A DNA stretch of 64,000 nt, taken from Tubiluchus corallicola (lineage: Eukaryota > Animalia > Priapulida). The stretch is taken from positions 930,001 to 994,000 of the forward strand of contig JAQGDQ010000010.1 of the NCBI GenBank assembly GCA_030141605.1. Direction: 5' to 3'. The notes under the pieces were generated by a model. That model saw only the letters and a list, made by a program, of their open reading frames with translations. It made no database searches and was not told the DNA's origin. Below are positions 12,901 to 27,100 of the stretch, in pieces. The position numbers and the translations under genes were made by a program. The number at the start of each line of letters is the position of its first letter. The first letter of the stretch is position 1.

Positions 12901-15900
12901 GTATTCCAGTCCAAAACCTTAATATTTTATTCCGTATTCAGTTCGGTAGCATTTGGTTAAGCTTCGGTTCGGTAGCATGATCGATCATTTGGTTAAGCTT
13001 CGGTTCGGTAGCATGATCGATCATTTGGTTAAGCTACGGTTCGGTAGCATGATCGATCATTTGGTCAAGCTTCGGTTCGGTAGCATTCACGCATAAAAAC
13101 TCATCTTTGGTTCGGTTGATGAAAATGTGCCATTGTTGCACTCCTACAGATATGTGAAACTGAAATTCTGTGGTTTAATATTACGTTACAAAAAAGCTGT
13201 TTAAATGACAAGCTTATTGGTAATGATAATTTTTTATTTGACACACATTTTGCCGTCTAATTTTTTAAAAACAGCTTTAATAATATTTATTTTCTTTATA
13301 ATTGGACAATGTAAGTCGATGTTAGGTGTTGTGTGCTAAACGTTCGGTAAAGAGTACTTATTCACTGCCTGCTTCACGTTTGTTTATTTTGTGAGAAATA
13401 ATGACATTTGTTTATCAAGTAGTTTACTTTTTACTGTGTTCTCATCTCACCATTAACATCCACATTGAATAAATCCTACTTTTGCCAGCATACGGCATAA
13501 AGAAGCTTCTAAATTTCTTTATGTAAATGGTGACTAAGTGAGGTAACCAAATGTTCACATGTTTCTTCGCAGTCTTTATAACAAAACAGAGAATGTTATG
13601 TCTGTCTGCTCTGTAATGCTATACACTAGTGATAATTTCCCAGATTCAGAAAGTTAGCTTGTCAATTTTACAGGCACGTGACAAACATGACCAAACCATC
13701 AAGCATGCACTGGCCGAGTTGAGACAGTCTCTCAAAATGTATTGGGATACGTATAACAAAGATAAAAGGTCAGAAAAGATCTCAAAAGATGATAAAAACA
13801 ACTACTGCTGCAAGGTTGGTATTGAACTACCACATCAGCTGGCAAATTTATGTTTATTAAATAAACATGTTTTCTTATGTTAATTAATGTAAAGCTGTGT
13901 CACATTGCAATGTCAATATGCAAAGCTAAGTGTTTAGGTAAAATGGTTATCTAGCTTGCTTGAATTTTTGTTTATTAGGTTTATCAATGGCTCCTTTTTT
14001 TGTGCTTTTTTTTAACTTATTCATTCGTAATGAAGTCAGTTTTATTCTCTAATTTAAGACAAAATCTGTTTAACACCGTATTTTACTACCATTCATTTTA
14101 GGTGTTTCAACGGAACCATTTTTATAGAAAATTCTGTGATTAGTAAATTTCTTGGAAAACCGTTAGTTGGTGACCACATAGACGTTTTCATTTTTGCCAG
14201 TGACTTTAGCAATATCTATTTGTACAGTGCATCTGCTACACTCACTTATAGGCATTATTCCTGCAGCAGTGCATACAGCCCCTTTTTTCTCTCAGCAGTG
14301 CCTCGTACATAATGTCTCTGTAGAATGTTTGACCAGAATGAATCTTTTGACAATACAGCATGGCAAAATGGTCCAAGTCTGCTTGGGAATTGTTAATTTC
14401 TGTGCAAACTATCATGTTCTTGATTTTCGTTCTTTCAATTTTTTTTTTACTCTAAATTACGTCATTTTGATTCACAAATAGTTAATAAGCCATAGCATCA
14501 AACAAAGTATCAGTAAGAAAGACTGTCTAGTTACCAATCCCGAATTCTTTTTTAATTGTTATCGAAAATTAACTTTTTTTCTATGCCTGTGGTTGTTGTG
14601 TAGTGTACAGCAGTTTAATTCATTCACATCACCGTATTCTAATTTCAGACGTGCAGACAAACTTTTTCTGAAGCTCTTGGCTATGTAATTCACATAGAGA
14701 GTGCTGTCCATCATCAGGAAGTGGCTAGAAAATGTGGTAAGATTTAGTACCTTTTAAGAGCATGAATGGTTTGTATGCATTATTTTGTAATGAACGCAAT
14801 AGATGTCATACTTTCAGCTTAAGTTAACGTTCATTATAAACTTAGTTCCCCCGAAAAATAAGTCTAATAGGGAACTAGACTGTCTAGGTTTGCACTCATG
14901 TTATGGTAAGTGCACAAAAATTGTAATTTATTTTAAAATTTATTTATTTTGGCAGTGTTAATTTTATTTGGTAGAATTTTAAATGTTTACCGATCATTTT
15001 TTAATTTCTAGTAACACATCAGGCTTATGTACTCAACGACACATCGCCACTACAAAAGATTTTGGAAAAAGTAAAAAATGAGTATTTTATAGGTAAGTTA
15101 CCTGTTTTAGTAGTGGTAAGTTATTTATTATGATCGCTGCTGTTGTTCTCTTACAGTCGTTGGAATTTTAGCGCAGTGTGTAAAATTTTTAATCTGTGTA
15201 CTTAGCTACTGGTAAGGTAAGTACTGGAAGCTTGTTGCCAGGCTTTGGTCTTTTAAAAAGCTTATTTGTAATTTTCGCATACTATAATGGCTTGATTTTT
15301 ATGGATGTTGTTTTATCCTAGTGAAAGAATAACCATCTTTGTTCTTTGTGCTCTCCTGTACATTGTATTATTTAACTTTACTACTCTGAACCATTTTAAT
15401 TCAGAAATATATTACCTTTTGATTTATAGGACTAGATCAAGTAATCTGTGTGCACAAGTCTACGATGAGATGGCCGCCTCATATGGAGTGTATTGTGTGC
15501 AAGTCTGGATTTTTGCCCAATGAGTTCCCAACCCACGTCTGTACTATAAAGCATCGTGCCAATGTTATTGTAAGAAAAAATTTAAGTTTTACATGTAATG
15601 AGTTTCAAGTCCATTTATACAGATACTCATAGTGTTTTTAAAGAAAAACAACTTATTAGAACTTTGAATTACAACATATTAAAAACGTATCTTCAAACAT
15701 TTCGACTGCAACCTACAGTCATCATCACTTGTAGATTACATAAACAACCAGTTTTATAGGCAGAGCCTACAATGCAAAAATTATTCACTAGTTATGTATT
15801 TACAGGGAAGCCAGAATGTAATGAATTAACAGACCTGTAGCGAAGAAAGGGATGCAATAAAGGTAGCTAGGTGTTTGTAAACAAAGTTAAGGGAATTGAG

Positions 15901-18900
15901 CTACTTTGCACATGAAGAGATGGCTTGTTATTGCGTATGTAGGTGCATTAGGGTAATAAAAAAAGGTTTATCTGTGTATACTAATTGCCTTCTCTTAATG
16001 TGCAAAGTAATTCAATTCCCTTAACTTTGTTTACAAACATCTAGCTATGCTTTTACTGTGTCTCTTTCTTCTCTACAGGTCTGTTAATTCATTACATTTT
16101 GGCTTTCTTTTAGTTGCATAATTACTGATAATTATTGAATAATTTCTGTACTATAAGCTCTGCCTATAAAACTTGTTGTTTGTTGGTGTAGTCTGTAGCT
16201 GAAGATGACTGCACACTGCAGTCAAAACATTTGGAGACATGTTTTTTGACATTTTATAATTCAGAGTTTTAATAGAAGTTGTTTTCTTTTTATAATAATG
16301 AACTTCGGGTTTAATAGTTTTGCATTCGATTTTCAATGTGCCACAGGTGGTGTGTTAGTCATAGACAAGTTTTTTCCCTTGCTGTAATTATCTTCTCATT
16401 TCCCGAAATGAATTGTTTTTTATATACCTTAATACTGTTAATTACGAATTAAGCAAATGTTAATTTGTTTTATGCTGAAAAGATACACGATTTTTGTATT
16501 AAATGTTTTTTGTCTCCAACAGCAATTTTTTTACCCCGAGTACTATCCTTGGTTGAAAGAATCAAAATTCAGCACCGACATAGCGAGGCGAATTGCAAAA
16601 AAGATTGAAGAACGGTACGGTCGCCAGAAGATGAAAACAAAGGTGAGTAATGGAACCACCTGGCTGAATTTACCAATTTGTGCTTCCCCACTTCCTTTAT
16701 GAGTGTTTTTCTTTATTTGGCAAACTGATCATTATTAATTTCATCAAGCAGCAAAATTGCAACAGTATAGATTGTAAAAAATTTCAGAATTCTTACAATT
16801 ATTGGTTTTTGGACTTGGTTTCTATGTAGAGTTGAACCCAGTCCCGTCCGGTGTTTTTTATACTTGTCAGCCATTTTACATCCAGTTTTATGTTGGAATG
16901 AAAAGGTAATTATCGTTTACAGTGATTTCTGCATAATTCTGTGTTTTAAGCTCCATGTTTGCTATTGCTTAACTCAGGCAAATTTTATATTATTAATTCT
17001 GTGAACAGAAGTATCAGAATTTCATATATATAATTCATTTCCTACCCAGTCTTTAATTATGCTCTCCACTGGACTACTAATTATTATTATTATATACCAT
17101 TTATTTTGTACATGTAATAAACTTTTATAAAGACAATACAATAAAAAACAGTATAGCATAAAATTTTATTGTTAATGTATAGTATAAATTAACAGTACAG
17201 TATAATGTTATTATTGTTAATGTCTTGTTACATATCATGACTACATGTGTAACATACCTATTGTCTAATATGGTGATAATATGTCTGGCATCAGACAAGT
17301 GCAGCATCCAGAAATATCATCCAGTATTGACAATTTCTTTGATCCCTAATCATCGGAATTATGCAATTTAAAACAAAAGTAAATTACAGTTATTAAAAGT
17401 CTATTTCCAATCTATTTTCATCACGTGTTGGTGTAAGTATTCTTATTTATCTCTAATCATTTATAGAGTGATAGTTTTTATTATTGTCAACAAGGAGTAA
17501 TAGCAACTACCTGTTTATTTATTATTTGCCAGTTTTATGTAGCAGTTTGCTGCTTTCTCCTTACAGATTTTCTTGGTCTGTAGACTTCCAGGCTTCCATC
17601 AGTTGTAGATAATTAGCTGCTCCACTTTTATCTAAGTTTCTGTAATCAGTAGTGCCTATATTAGTAGGTAACTAAATCATACTTATACATTAGTTATTTT
17701 CTTGTATGGTAGGATGTTCGTGATTCTTTTGATGATCTTCTCCGAGACGGTCGTGAAGGAACATTTTGGACATACAGAAACTATCGTAGAAATCCAATGT
17801 TTCCTGAACCGGAATATCCTTTTATCGTAGGTAGGCGTCTCAGATCTCTTCTATAGGCCTATTGGTAAAACTGTTAAGCAAATGCATATACTCTTTAGTG
17901 AAATGCCTTGGTGATTACATGGCTTGCTGTTGCTAAGAAGATGTTCCTCGAACTGTACCTTTTCCACTAGTCGTGTGCCACTGATCCCTGCCGCCATTGC
18001 TGATGTACAGCATCAAACTTTTGCTGCCATAGAAAGAACCAGTAGTGCCACCACTAACACATATTGAATGGTGTACACTAGTGTGTGGTGAAAATAACTT
18101 TTTTTATCCAATCTTTTTACAACTTTTCCTAATTTTGGAAACCGTTTATTTTTACATTTTGTGAATCACAAACTCTGGAAAAGTTAGCAGCAAGCCATAC
18201 GGCTATCCTACTAAGCTGCCAACAGTTGGAAATGTTCTACGGCATTATCAATTCAAAATGGAGGCCCAGGCAGAGAAGGATCCAGCACACAGATTTGTTG
18301 CGTAGCAGAAGAGATGTAGTGCATAGCGTAGTGTATACTGCTATGAATCTCATGATAAAAAGAAAAAGTTATTATCAACGGTTAGCTAAAATTAATGCTT
18401 TTTGTGTATATAGATAATCAAATCATTAGGCTTTCATGTCGAAATTGCATACGATAATATAACATACAGAACAACTTGCGACATTGCAACATAACTCAGA
18501 TACAGGCTTGATGTTGTGTGCAAGTTAGTTAGCAAATACACCCGACATCATGGGCAGTTTCAAAGTGGTAAAAAAGAAATCAAAGCATAAATGGAACATA
18601 ATTGCCTGGCTTGGCTATTGTAAGTTATTGCTTTCGTATGAAACAGAATAAGCAATTTATTTATGTGTAATAATAGTAGTAAAAAAATTGTGCATGGATA
18701 AAATGATTAGTTTATGACAGCACTAAATGCTAATTTGGTAGTACCTAAATTCAAAATTTCAAAGTAATCATGGAGGCTTGGATTCGAACACACAATTTTT
18801 TATAAAGCACCAGTAAACGATTTCTCTAACCGATACGTAATATCCTGGCATTAACATTCATATTCTAAAGTGTATATTGACCCCAATTACAGTTAAAGCT

Positions 18901-21130
18901 ACCCTGTATGCATAACTGTGTTATTTAACAACACTGTATTGATTCAACACACTGTTGCTGATTCTAAACAACCGACATGGAGCCATTGAATTTCCCAGAC
19001 ATGTTGCTGCCAGAAAAATGTGAATCGGCATGCGCACATTTTCCATGGTAGAATCACTGTGCCATCAACACCATTTCACTTATTATAATAACTTTCACCC
19101 TGCATTTGTATAAATAAGAAACAGAGTAAGGTTGAGCTAAGCAGTTGACTTGGTGTTATGTAAATTAACTCTTGTCTTTTTTGCTATCTACACTATTGTT
19201 TTCTGAATTTTGTCATATAGCGATGCACCACAATATTGCCGTCTACAAAAACTGGCATTGGTATTATTTCTCGGCTTTGTTAAAGTGGCATGTGCAGAAC
19301 AGTGTTACATTGGTTTTTGTTACAAACTGCTTGTATCTGCATAAAACATTATTTTAACAAGCATTTGTGAATTTGTGAGAGTGGATAAATTAATTCCAAC
19401 AGCAAGGTGTTTACTACAGCTTTTTCAAACTTTTTCAGTGAAAAGACTTTTGAGCTCCACTAAAAACAATTGTTAATCATTCATCAGCATTTGAGAAAAA
19501 ATAAATAAAATAATTTCTGTGTGCTTCTAAAATTTTTCTATGATAAATGTAGTTTTTACATGTCCAGAAATGCTGAAAGAGTTTAAGATTTTGAAATACA
19601 CTACAGAGGGTGTTGATTTGAAAGATCTGAAGCCAAAGGCAGAACATCAAACTGCTACTGTTACTGAAGATCCAGTGGTACCTGGCCTTGATCTGGGCAA
19701 CGACAATGTCGATAATGAGGTGGACGGTGGAACGAGAATACGAAAAGGTAGGTATTGTTAGTTCTTAAACCAGAATAAAATCCAAAATGCAGGAGAAAAA
19801 CATTGCAGCAGTGATGTTATGGTACTCTATTTTTTACACGAGGTTAATGTGTGTTTTACTGCAATACGTACTAGCAAGTAATTAGCAGATTATTACAATA
19901 CAATGTGTCATCAGCGTGATGTATCAGTGTCAGAGTGCAGGCATTTGCTAGTGTGTGCCAGTTCCTATTAGTGTCCGGGTGCATGAGAAAACTGTCATTA
20001 TTGGGCAAATAATCAAATGTAAGCTCTAGAGTGTTAGACATTCTTACTTGTTACTTGCAATTTGTGTCCATAGAGAGCCTCTAAGTAGACTTAAAATATC
20101 AATTACCTTGTTTCATGCATAATTTAAAATACCCAACTATCAAGGATACATGATACCTAATTGTCTTAAAAACGTCTAAGTACTGGCCGCTCCTATGCAA
20201 AAGTATATAAAAACTGTCTGCAATTGACTCAAATAACTAAACAATTGATTTTATACATAGAGATATACACGTGATTACACTGATGTATGTGATGTAAACA
20301 AAGTGACGGCCAGCCAACTAGCGGTCAGCTTGTGAAATGTACTGGGTCCGTAAAAATTTTCTCAACGAATTTACGCGTTTTACAAAAATTGCACTACTGG
20401 TCTTCCAAAAACTCGGAATTCCACGTATCCGCGGAAAATTCTCATCCCTGTTACCAACTGTGTTCAGAGCCGTTCTAGCAAACAGTGATAGGGTTAGATA
20501 ATTGGCCAATTGAAATTCAGCAAAATAATTCAAGTGCCTATTCAGGAACAATGTAACTAGCTGTTAAGCATTTTTTGTGAAAGAAATATCTGGTGTGTGA
20601 TTGTATTTTCCATAGTTTGTGTACCACAAAGAACGTCAAGTATATTACAATACTTGATCATTTCAAACTTCCTCTAATTGTCCTGCTAGAATAATAAACT
20701 GCAGCAGTTAAGCTGTACAGTAAGTCAGACCTAGACATCAAAATTTTGGAAATTGTAAAAATGCAGTTTGAACACATCGTATAGATTACTGCTTATTATG
20801 CTATCAGATAAGATTTTGGACAATATTGGACGAAGAAGAAAAGACGTTATTATGTTATTGTGTTAGGCCAGATGGTATAATCTAGTGGCAACGCTTCCAC
20901 TTTCTGTTTGGGAGGTCGTGAGTTCGATGCTGCGGCCGGGTCATAACCAAAGACGAAAAGTGGTACCTGCTGTTGCTCTGCCTGGTGTGTGGTATTTAGG
21001 GTAAACATGGCGTAATAATAATCTCAGTTACGTAGTTGTAGTATGTTAGTTACAGTAGTTGATAAGAGCCACATGGCAGGCTTGTGTTGTCTGTTGAATT
21101 TAAAGCCGACTTTAAATAAAGGATGTTATT

Positions 21131-21166
<36 letters not shown>

Positions 21167-24100
21167 ATAGAGACACTGAGTTTAGTTTTCAGTTTGTTTC
21201 CGTGTAGAGCAAATATGCTTTTGCTTTTGGATTTTATTCTGGTTCATTTAGTGCCAAGGTGACTTAGTTACTTCATTTCATACCCACTTGAAGGTGATTG
21301 ACAGATTGTGAGAATACAGAAAAAAATAAGAACTGATTGCACAACTTATTTACATGCATACATGAACAAGTGTTTCAACTATTTGCAGAATATTTGATTT
21401 TACAGCTTTGAAGTGCTGTGAAAATTTGGGTTATGCAAAATTAATTTTTCGTTTTGAGTTTTGTCCTTTGATAACGAAATAACAATATACTTCATAAGTA
21501 ACGGTAATTGTTTTCTTTTTTATTGCTTATGCAAAATCATTTTATATGGTACCACATCAGCAGTCGTAGTTTGCAATAATCCAATTTTGGTGCTTCTTTT
21601 CTTGAATAAGCCACATTTTTTGGAATTTTCTTTGATAATTTTCTCTCATTACTTTATAACCTGGGAAAATTTCTTTCCATTATTTATGCAGATGATGTCA
21701 TGTTTTTACAATCACATTGTTGAAAATGGAAACCTTTCCCTGGTGCATGTAATTTTAAATATGTTTTATTAAACCCGATAATTAATATAATTTGTGGGAT
21801 GTATGACTGTAAAAAAATATTGAGGTGTTTTTCTGTCATTTTTCCGAATTTTTATAATGTGCTACTGGGAGGCTAAGTAAAGTACTCATAGTAAGTAATA
21901 TAAACTAACTAGCATGTTATATTTATCTGAATACTAAGCAGCATCTAGTTTCAGTCATATTTTCTTATAATACCGAGTTATCTGTACTGGCAAACACTGA
22001 TTCCTAATCCCACCTTGGTAGACTTATCTAATAGCAGTTGTGCCAAGTTGCTGATTCAAGTTTTCATGTCACCACATCAGCATCATTATTTTTGTCACAA
22101 AGTGCATCAGATGGCACTGCTTGCTCGGCTAACAAAAAAGAATTAGTGGAAATTGTACTCGGGTCGCAAACTGCAAGCTGAGAACTCTTACCACTAAGTT
22201 GCTACCCTCAAGCTGATGTGTTCGTTAATCATAGAAGAAAAAACATGCTGTGTGGCTAGTTTGGTTTGTGAGTTTTAAAATGCAAGATTAACTATAAAGA
22301 AGACCTAATAAGGAAATTTAAAACTGCACTTGATGTTTCTAAATATGGATGGATGTGCGTGTAGAGTAATGACGAGATCTGTTAGCAGAAATACCACTGT
22401 TTATACTGAATTCATTTCAGAAGCATATGGGTATGTACTTTCTTTTATTGTTTGCTCTTTTAGTATTTCTCTGTTTTGACAGCTTAGATTCAATTGTTAG
22501 ATAAATACTATAGTAGTACAACATTGATATTCCTATAGTATTGTACAGAACTTATTTTTTCTTTTTCAGAAAACTGTCTTGTGGGTTCATTTACAAGTAT
22601 GTACATCAATAAGGCAGACTGAATATAAATTTATAAGAAAAGAAATGAAAATATGCATATCAAAAGTATCTGTTTCGTTTGTTGTTGCAGTTAAACTCAC
22701 TTGAAAAACAAAACTACAACCACTGGACTGGGCCAACATAGATTTAAAAAATTCACAGGCGAGGCTGAACATAGTAAATAATGTATTATTAATAATCATG
22801 CTTTCCCACCATTTTCCACTTAGAACGGTGGTTTCCAAACCCGAATTTAGGTCACTGCTCTGTCGCAAAACAAATTTCAAATAATAGGCATTTTTCAGCA
22901 TTGGTGGTTCGTGACTTGTTGGTGATGCAAGAGCAAATCCTGGAGCTAGTTCATGTAGTATGATGGTGCATGCAGGGCTGGGGCTTGCAATTCTATTTAA
23001 GATTGTACTTCAGAGCGATTTATGTCTTTCCTTATTTTTATCTGTGTATTTTTTCCTTAAAAACTTGCAGATGCACAAAACTCAAAACGCATACCTCCCG
23101 CATAAGTTAATATGTGACCTGTCACCCCTGTGTCGTAAATCATGCCGTGGGCAGAGTTTTTACTTTACTCTGTTCATCCCCCTGCAGTTTTTGAGTTATA
23201 GTCACAATGTTTGGTATGAAGGTAGGGCCAAGGACTTTTGTGATTGAATAGGGCCATGTGCACGTGTGAAAATTTTCTGCTAGGACCCAAAAATCGACAT
23301 GAGAGAGTCCGAGAGAAAAATGAATTCTAGAGTCAAATATCAATAGCTGGTATTATATCAAATGAAAGGTATTTATTAGAAGAATTAGATGGTATGAGTT
23401 ATGACAACATTATGTAGATCGCCTGGAATTACTTATAACATGGACTCTTAACACAATTACGAATGAAGTTCTCAGATGAACTGATCTATTATACAAAATA
23501 TGTGTTAAAAATTTATATTATTAACAACATAATCATGTTTCTTAGCTCTCAATTTTTAACAATTTGGAAATTGTTTGACCTTTCGTGAGCTTTGCACTAG
23601 TTAAAAATAAATGTGTACTGAAACTGTAGAAGCTGAGCTGCTAAACACTAAGAATTTCTTATTGTGAGAATTCAAGTGAAACTTTTTATTCAGGGTGTAT
23701 TTTAGCATCTGTACTGTACAGCTACTGTAAACACTGCTTTGCTGATATAATTATTTGTTCAATTACAGGGAATTTCCTTGGACGAACACGGTGAACACAA
23801 ACTGAAATGTCATTGTATCATAGATTTTACTAGTTTCACACTAATTACATATTAGCTTTATTCTCATATAATTAAAAGACAAGAAAAGTGAAGTTTAATG
23901 TGAATTTCAAAAACTTACATTATGAACTTAAATTATGTGAATTAAGTACTCATCAATGGAGACTGTTCAATATTTATAGCCTACATTAAGGGCTGTAGTA
24001 AATTTGATCAGTTGTCATGTTTCTCGACATGTGTTTTTGGGCTTCAGTTTGTTATAGTAAATGGTAACAGAGTAAGAAAGAGCTATGAAGTAAACGACAT

Positions 24101-27100
24101 CCTGCCAGTTCTTAGCTTGCTATATTCAAACATTGACAGAGTAGGGCAATCATCTTGAAAAACTTTGTGCTTTCTAAACATAAAAGAATCTTGTTTTCGG
24201 TATTTCTATGGTGTCAAGGTTATGAAAGGTTATCATAAAATGTAAAAGCAAGCTACTTATCGTAACAAAACTGTCACTGCTACTAGAGTCAAATTCAAGT
24301 TAGAGTAGTACTGCATGGATGCTTCAGAAAAAAAATTCTTTTTATATCAAAATAAAAAAATCCAGTGCCAGTCGCTAACTGATGTGCTAAAATCATTTCA
24401 TAGTCGCCATCAGGTGAATCCATAACAGCACTGTAGTAAAGCTGTGTGTGATGCCATTTTTTTACTTTAGTAACAACACAAATTGTCAATCATACATTTT
24501 AATTTATCAGAAGTTTGTTAAGTTTATATGTAAAGGTGATTTAAAATGAAAACGGTGAAATTTCTTTTGACATTAAAGTTATGTTCATATGAGATTTTCA
24601 ATAACTATTAAGCTGTGTTTTCTAAAACTTACATTAAAAATCCCTTTGTGTTTTGAAGAGGTATAGGAGAAATTACCCAGTGATGTATTTTGAGTTACCA
24701 TTTGTTTCTTAAGAGAATGAGTTTATATATATCTAATATATCGTTAATTTTTACTAGATATTTATCAGAGAAATTTAGTTGGCTGACATGTCATCAAATC
24801 TTTTTACGGAAAGCTGATTTCTACAAGTATATACAGTTTTCAAAAATATTTTACTCTGTAATTGCTTATATGTGAGTAGTAGTAAAATATTTGACACCAG
24901 TACTGACACAACTGTACTTCTTTCACTACCAGAAAAACCTGATAGTAACTATTTCAAAAATAAAACTAAAATAGCTTTCTAAAACACGTGTAAGCATTTT
25001 AAAATTCTGTCATTGACTACGCTACCTACGTATATGTTTTTGAACATTATAAGCTTGTTATTTTTAAACTTGAAATTTTTCAGCAGCAACTTGTTTATTA
25101 AATAAAAGATACATCTCTCAATTATGTGTAGCTGTTTGTTATCTCTTTTCTTCCTGCTCATAGCAGTTTATATACCATAAAGTATACATATGTTATTAAC
25201 CCAAAATAAATATTCTTAGTTTAATAGAAACCCCATTAAATAGTTGCATATCATTGGTTTATATGGTTTCATTAAAGGACAATACAACACATACTGTTTA
25301 ATGCTGAATATCACATATGCTCAGTAACTCCATAACACAAATTAATAATATTAATTTGACGTAGTCATGTGCATTATCCTTTAAAAAACGTTGACAAACG
25401 CATCTCCACTAAACAGCAGTAGCTGGGACAGTTCGTCATACGGATGTTCCTTCCATTAAGCAGCAGTGCCATAATGGTGAATTTTATAACAAAATTCTCC
25501 TCAAGCTTCATTTGTGAATTTGAAATAAATTATGTGCACAATTTGTTTTTTTTCTGAAATCATTGTCTAGCAGCTTAAAAAATTTTTGTGTTGTACGTGT
25601 TCATAATATAAAACAGTAAACCTTTTTTTTAAATAGAAGGAAAGGAGGGGACCTCACTATATGTGATACGCTTTAATACTGATGTTCACATTAAGCTTAA
25701 TTTTTTTCTGTGCAGAGCCGTATAGTTTTTGTTGGGCAACATTATTTTAAAGGGCAAAACTTTTTTTGTTTCTTTAAATTTATTTGATTATACCTGACTT
25801 TCAGTATAAATTGCAAATCTGTGGTTACTGAATTATCAAATGCTCTCATGAGTACTTAATTATGAGACCTACGCAATTTTTGATAATATTTCAAGGATTT
25901 TGTGATAATCTCAAATAATTTGATAAACATTCAAAATATATATAATGCTACTAATCTTCAATAATATATATGTACATGTGTGTTTTTATTTTTTTGCAGA
26001 AGAGGACGACAAACTAATTCCAGAAGTTGTGAAAATTGCAAAGGAGACTGATACCACAGACTTGGTAGATAAAACAAATACTAACACTCAGACTGAAATA
26101 TTGTCTAGTGAAGCAATTGATCTTGCTACCCAGATTCAGTTGGCTTTAACATTAGGTGAAGCAAAACCTTTGCTAGCTCTTCAGGACAAGTTAGATGCTC
26201 TGACTAAAGAATTTCATAAAACTGCTTCGGCTAGGACAGATAGTGCAATGGATGAGGCAATGCTGAAGCAATTGTCCAATGACTCAAAGGTAATCAAAGA
26301 GGAAACTGAACCTGAGAAGCACTTGATCCGTGAGCCCAAGCCAAAGCCAGGATTATTAGGAGAACGACCATCACTGTTAGGACCACAGCCAGGACTGCTT
26401 GGTGATAGGCCTAAACTTGGCCTGCTTGGTGTTAGACCTAATGAACCAGTTGTTCCACCACTATTGGGATCACCTGATGATATCAAAGAAGAACCTATGA
26501 AAATGTCAAAATTTGATCATGGGTTATCACCATTCAGAGGTGAAGATGATTACCAGTCCAGACATCCTGTTCCACATGACATTCCTATGAGAACAAAATC
26601 AGAAACAGACAGTGGTTTGCTAGGAGTAGGGCTGCCAGATACAGGTTTTGAGAAACAGGTATCACCCGGAAACAGTTTAATAGAGCATAAGATCTCCGGT
26701 GGTGAAATAAAACGGCAGTCGCCATTCACAGATCAGAGTGTTCGAGGTAGAAGAAACGAACATGTCCCTGAGGTGGACTGGCCTGATGCTGGTACTGAGA
26801 ATGAGCAACAGCGAATTGAACGTGAAGCTGTCGAAGCAGAACTACAAAGGCAGGAACGTATAGCTGAACAAAGAGAGCGTGATATACAGAAGAAGTTACT
26901 TGAACAGGCTGAGCAAAAAGGACTATTTCCGCAGCATTTGTTAGAAGAATTGATAAAAAAGCTCAATCCAAAAAATTTCAGACCTGGTGAATTCAAACAA
27001 GTTGTTCAAAGTCTTGTGGGTAATTTATTGTCCCAACAGAAACTTCCCATGTTGCCAGTCCAAGAAGGTGCAAATTCCAAAGACAACACTGGCCCTTCAT

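Noticed and set aside
12950-13087. 36-bp repeats resembling a CRISPR array
   Set aside because: Contiguous tandem units with no spacers, inside a eukaryotic hAT element
16832-16905. Possible extra ZnF exon
   Set aside because: Weak acceptor; its phase-2 end does not fit the next exon, while 16642->17713 joins in phase
18414-18619. Exon-like segment with acceptor and donor
   Set aside because: Stops in the required frame from both candidate acceptors
20257-20460. CATAGAGATATA start and ...CATCCCTG end suggestive of MITE termini
   Set aside because: No matching partner TIR or TSD found
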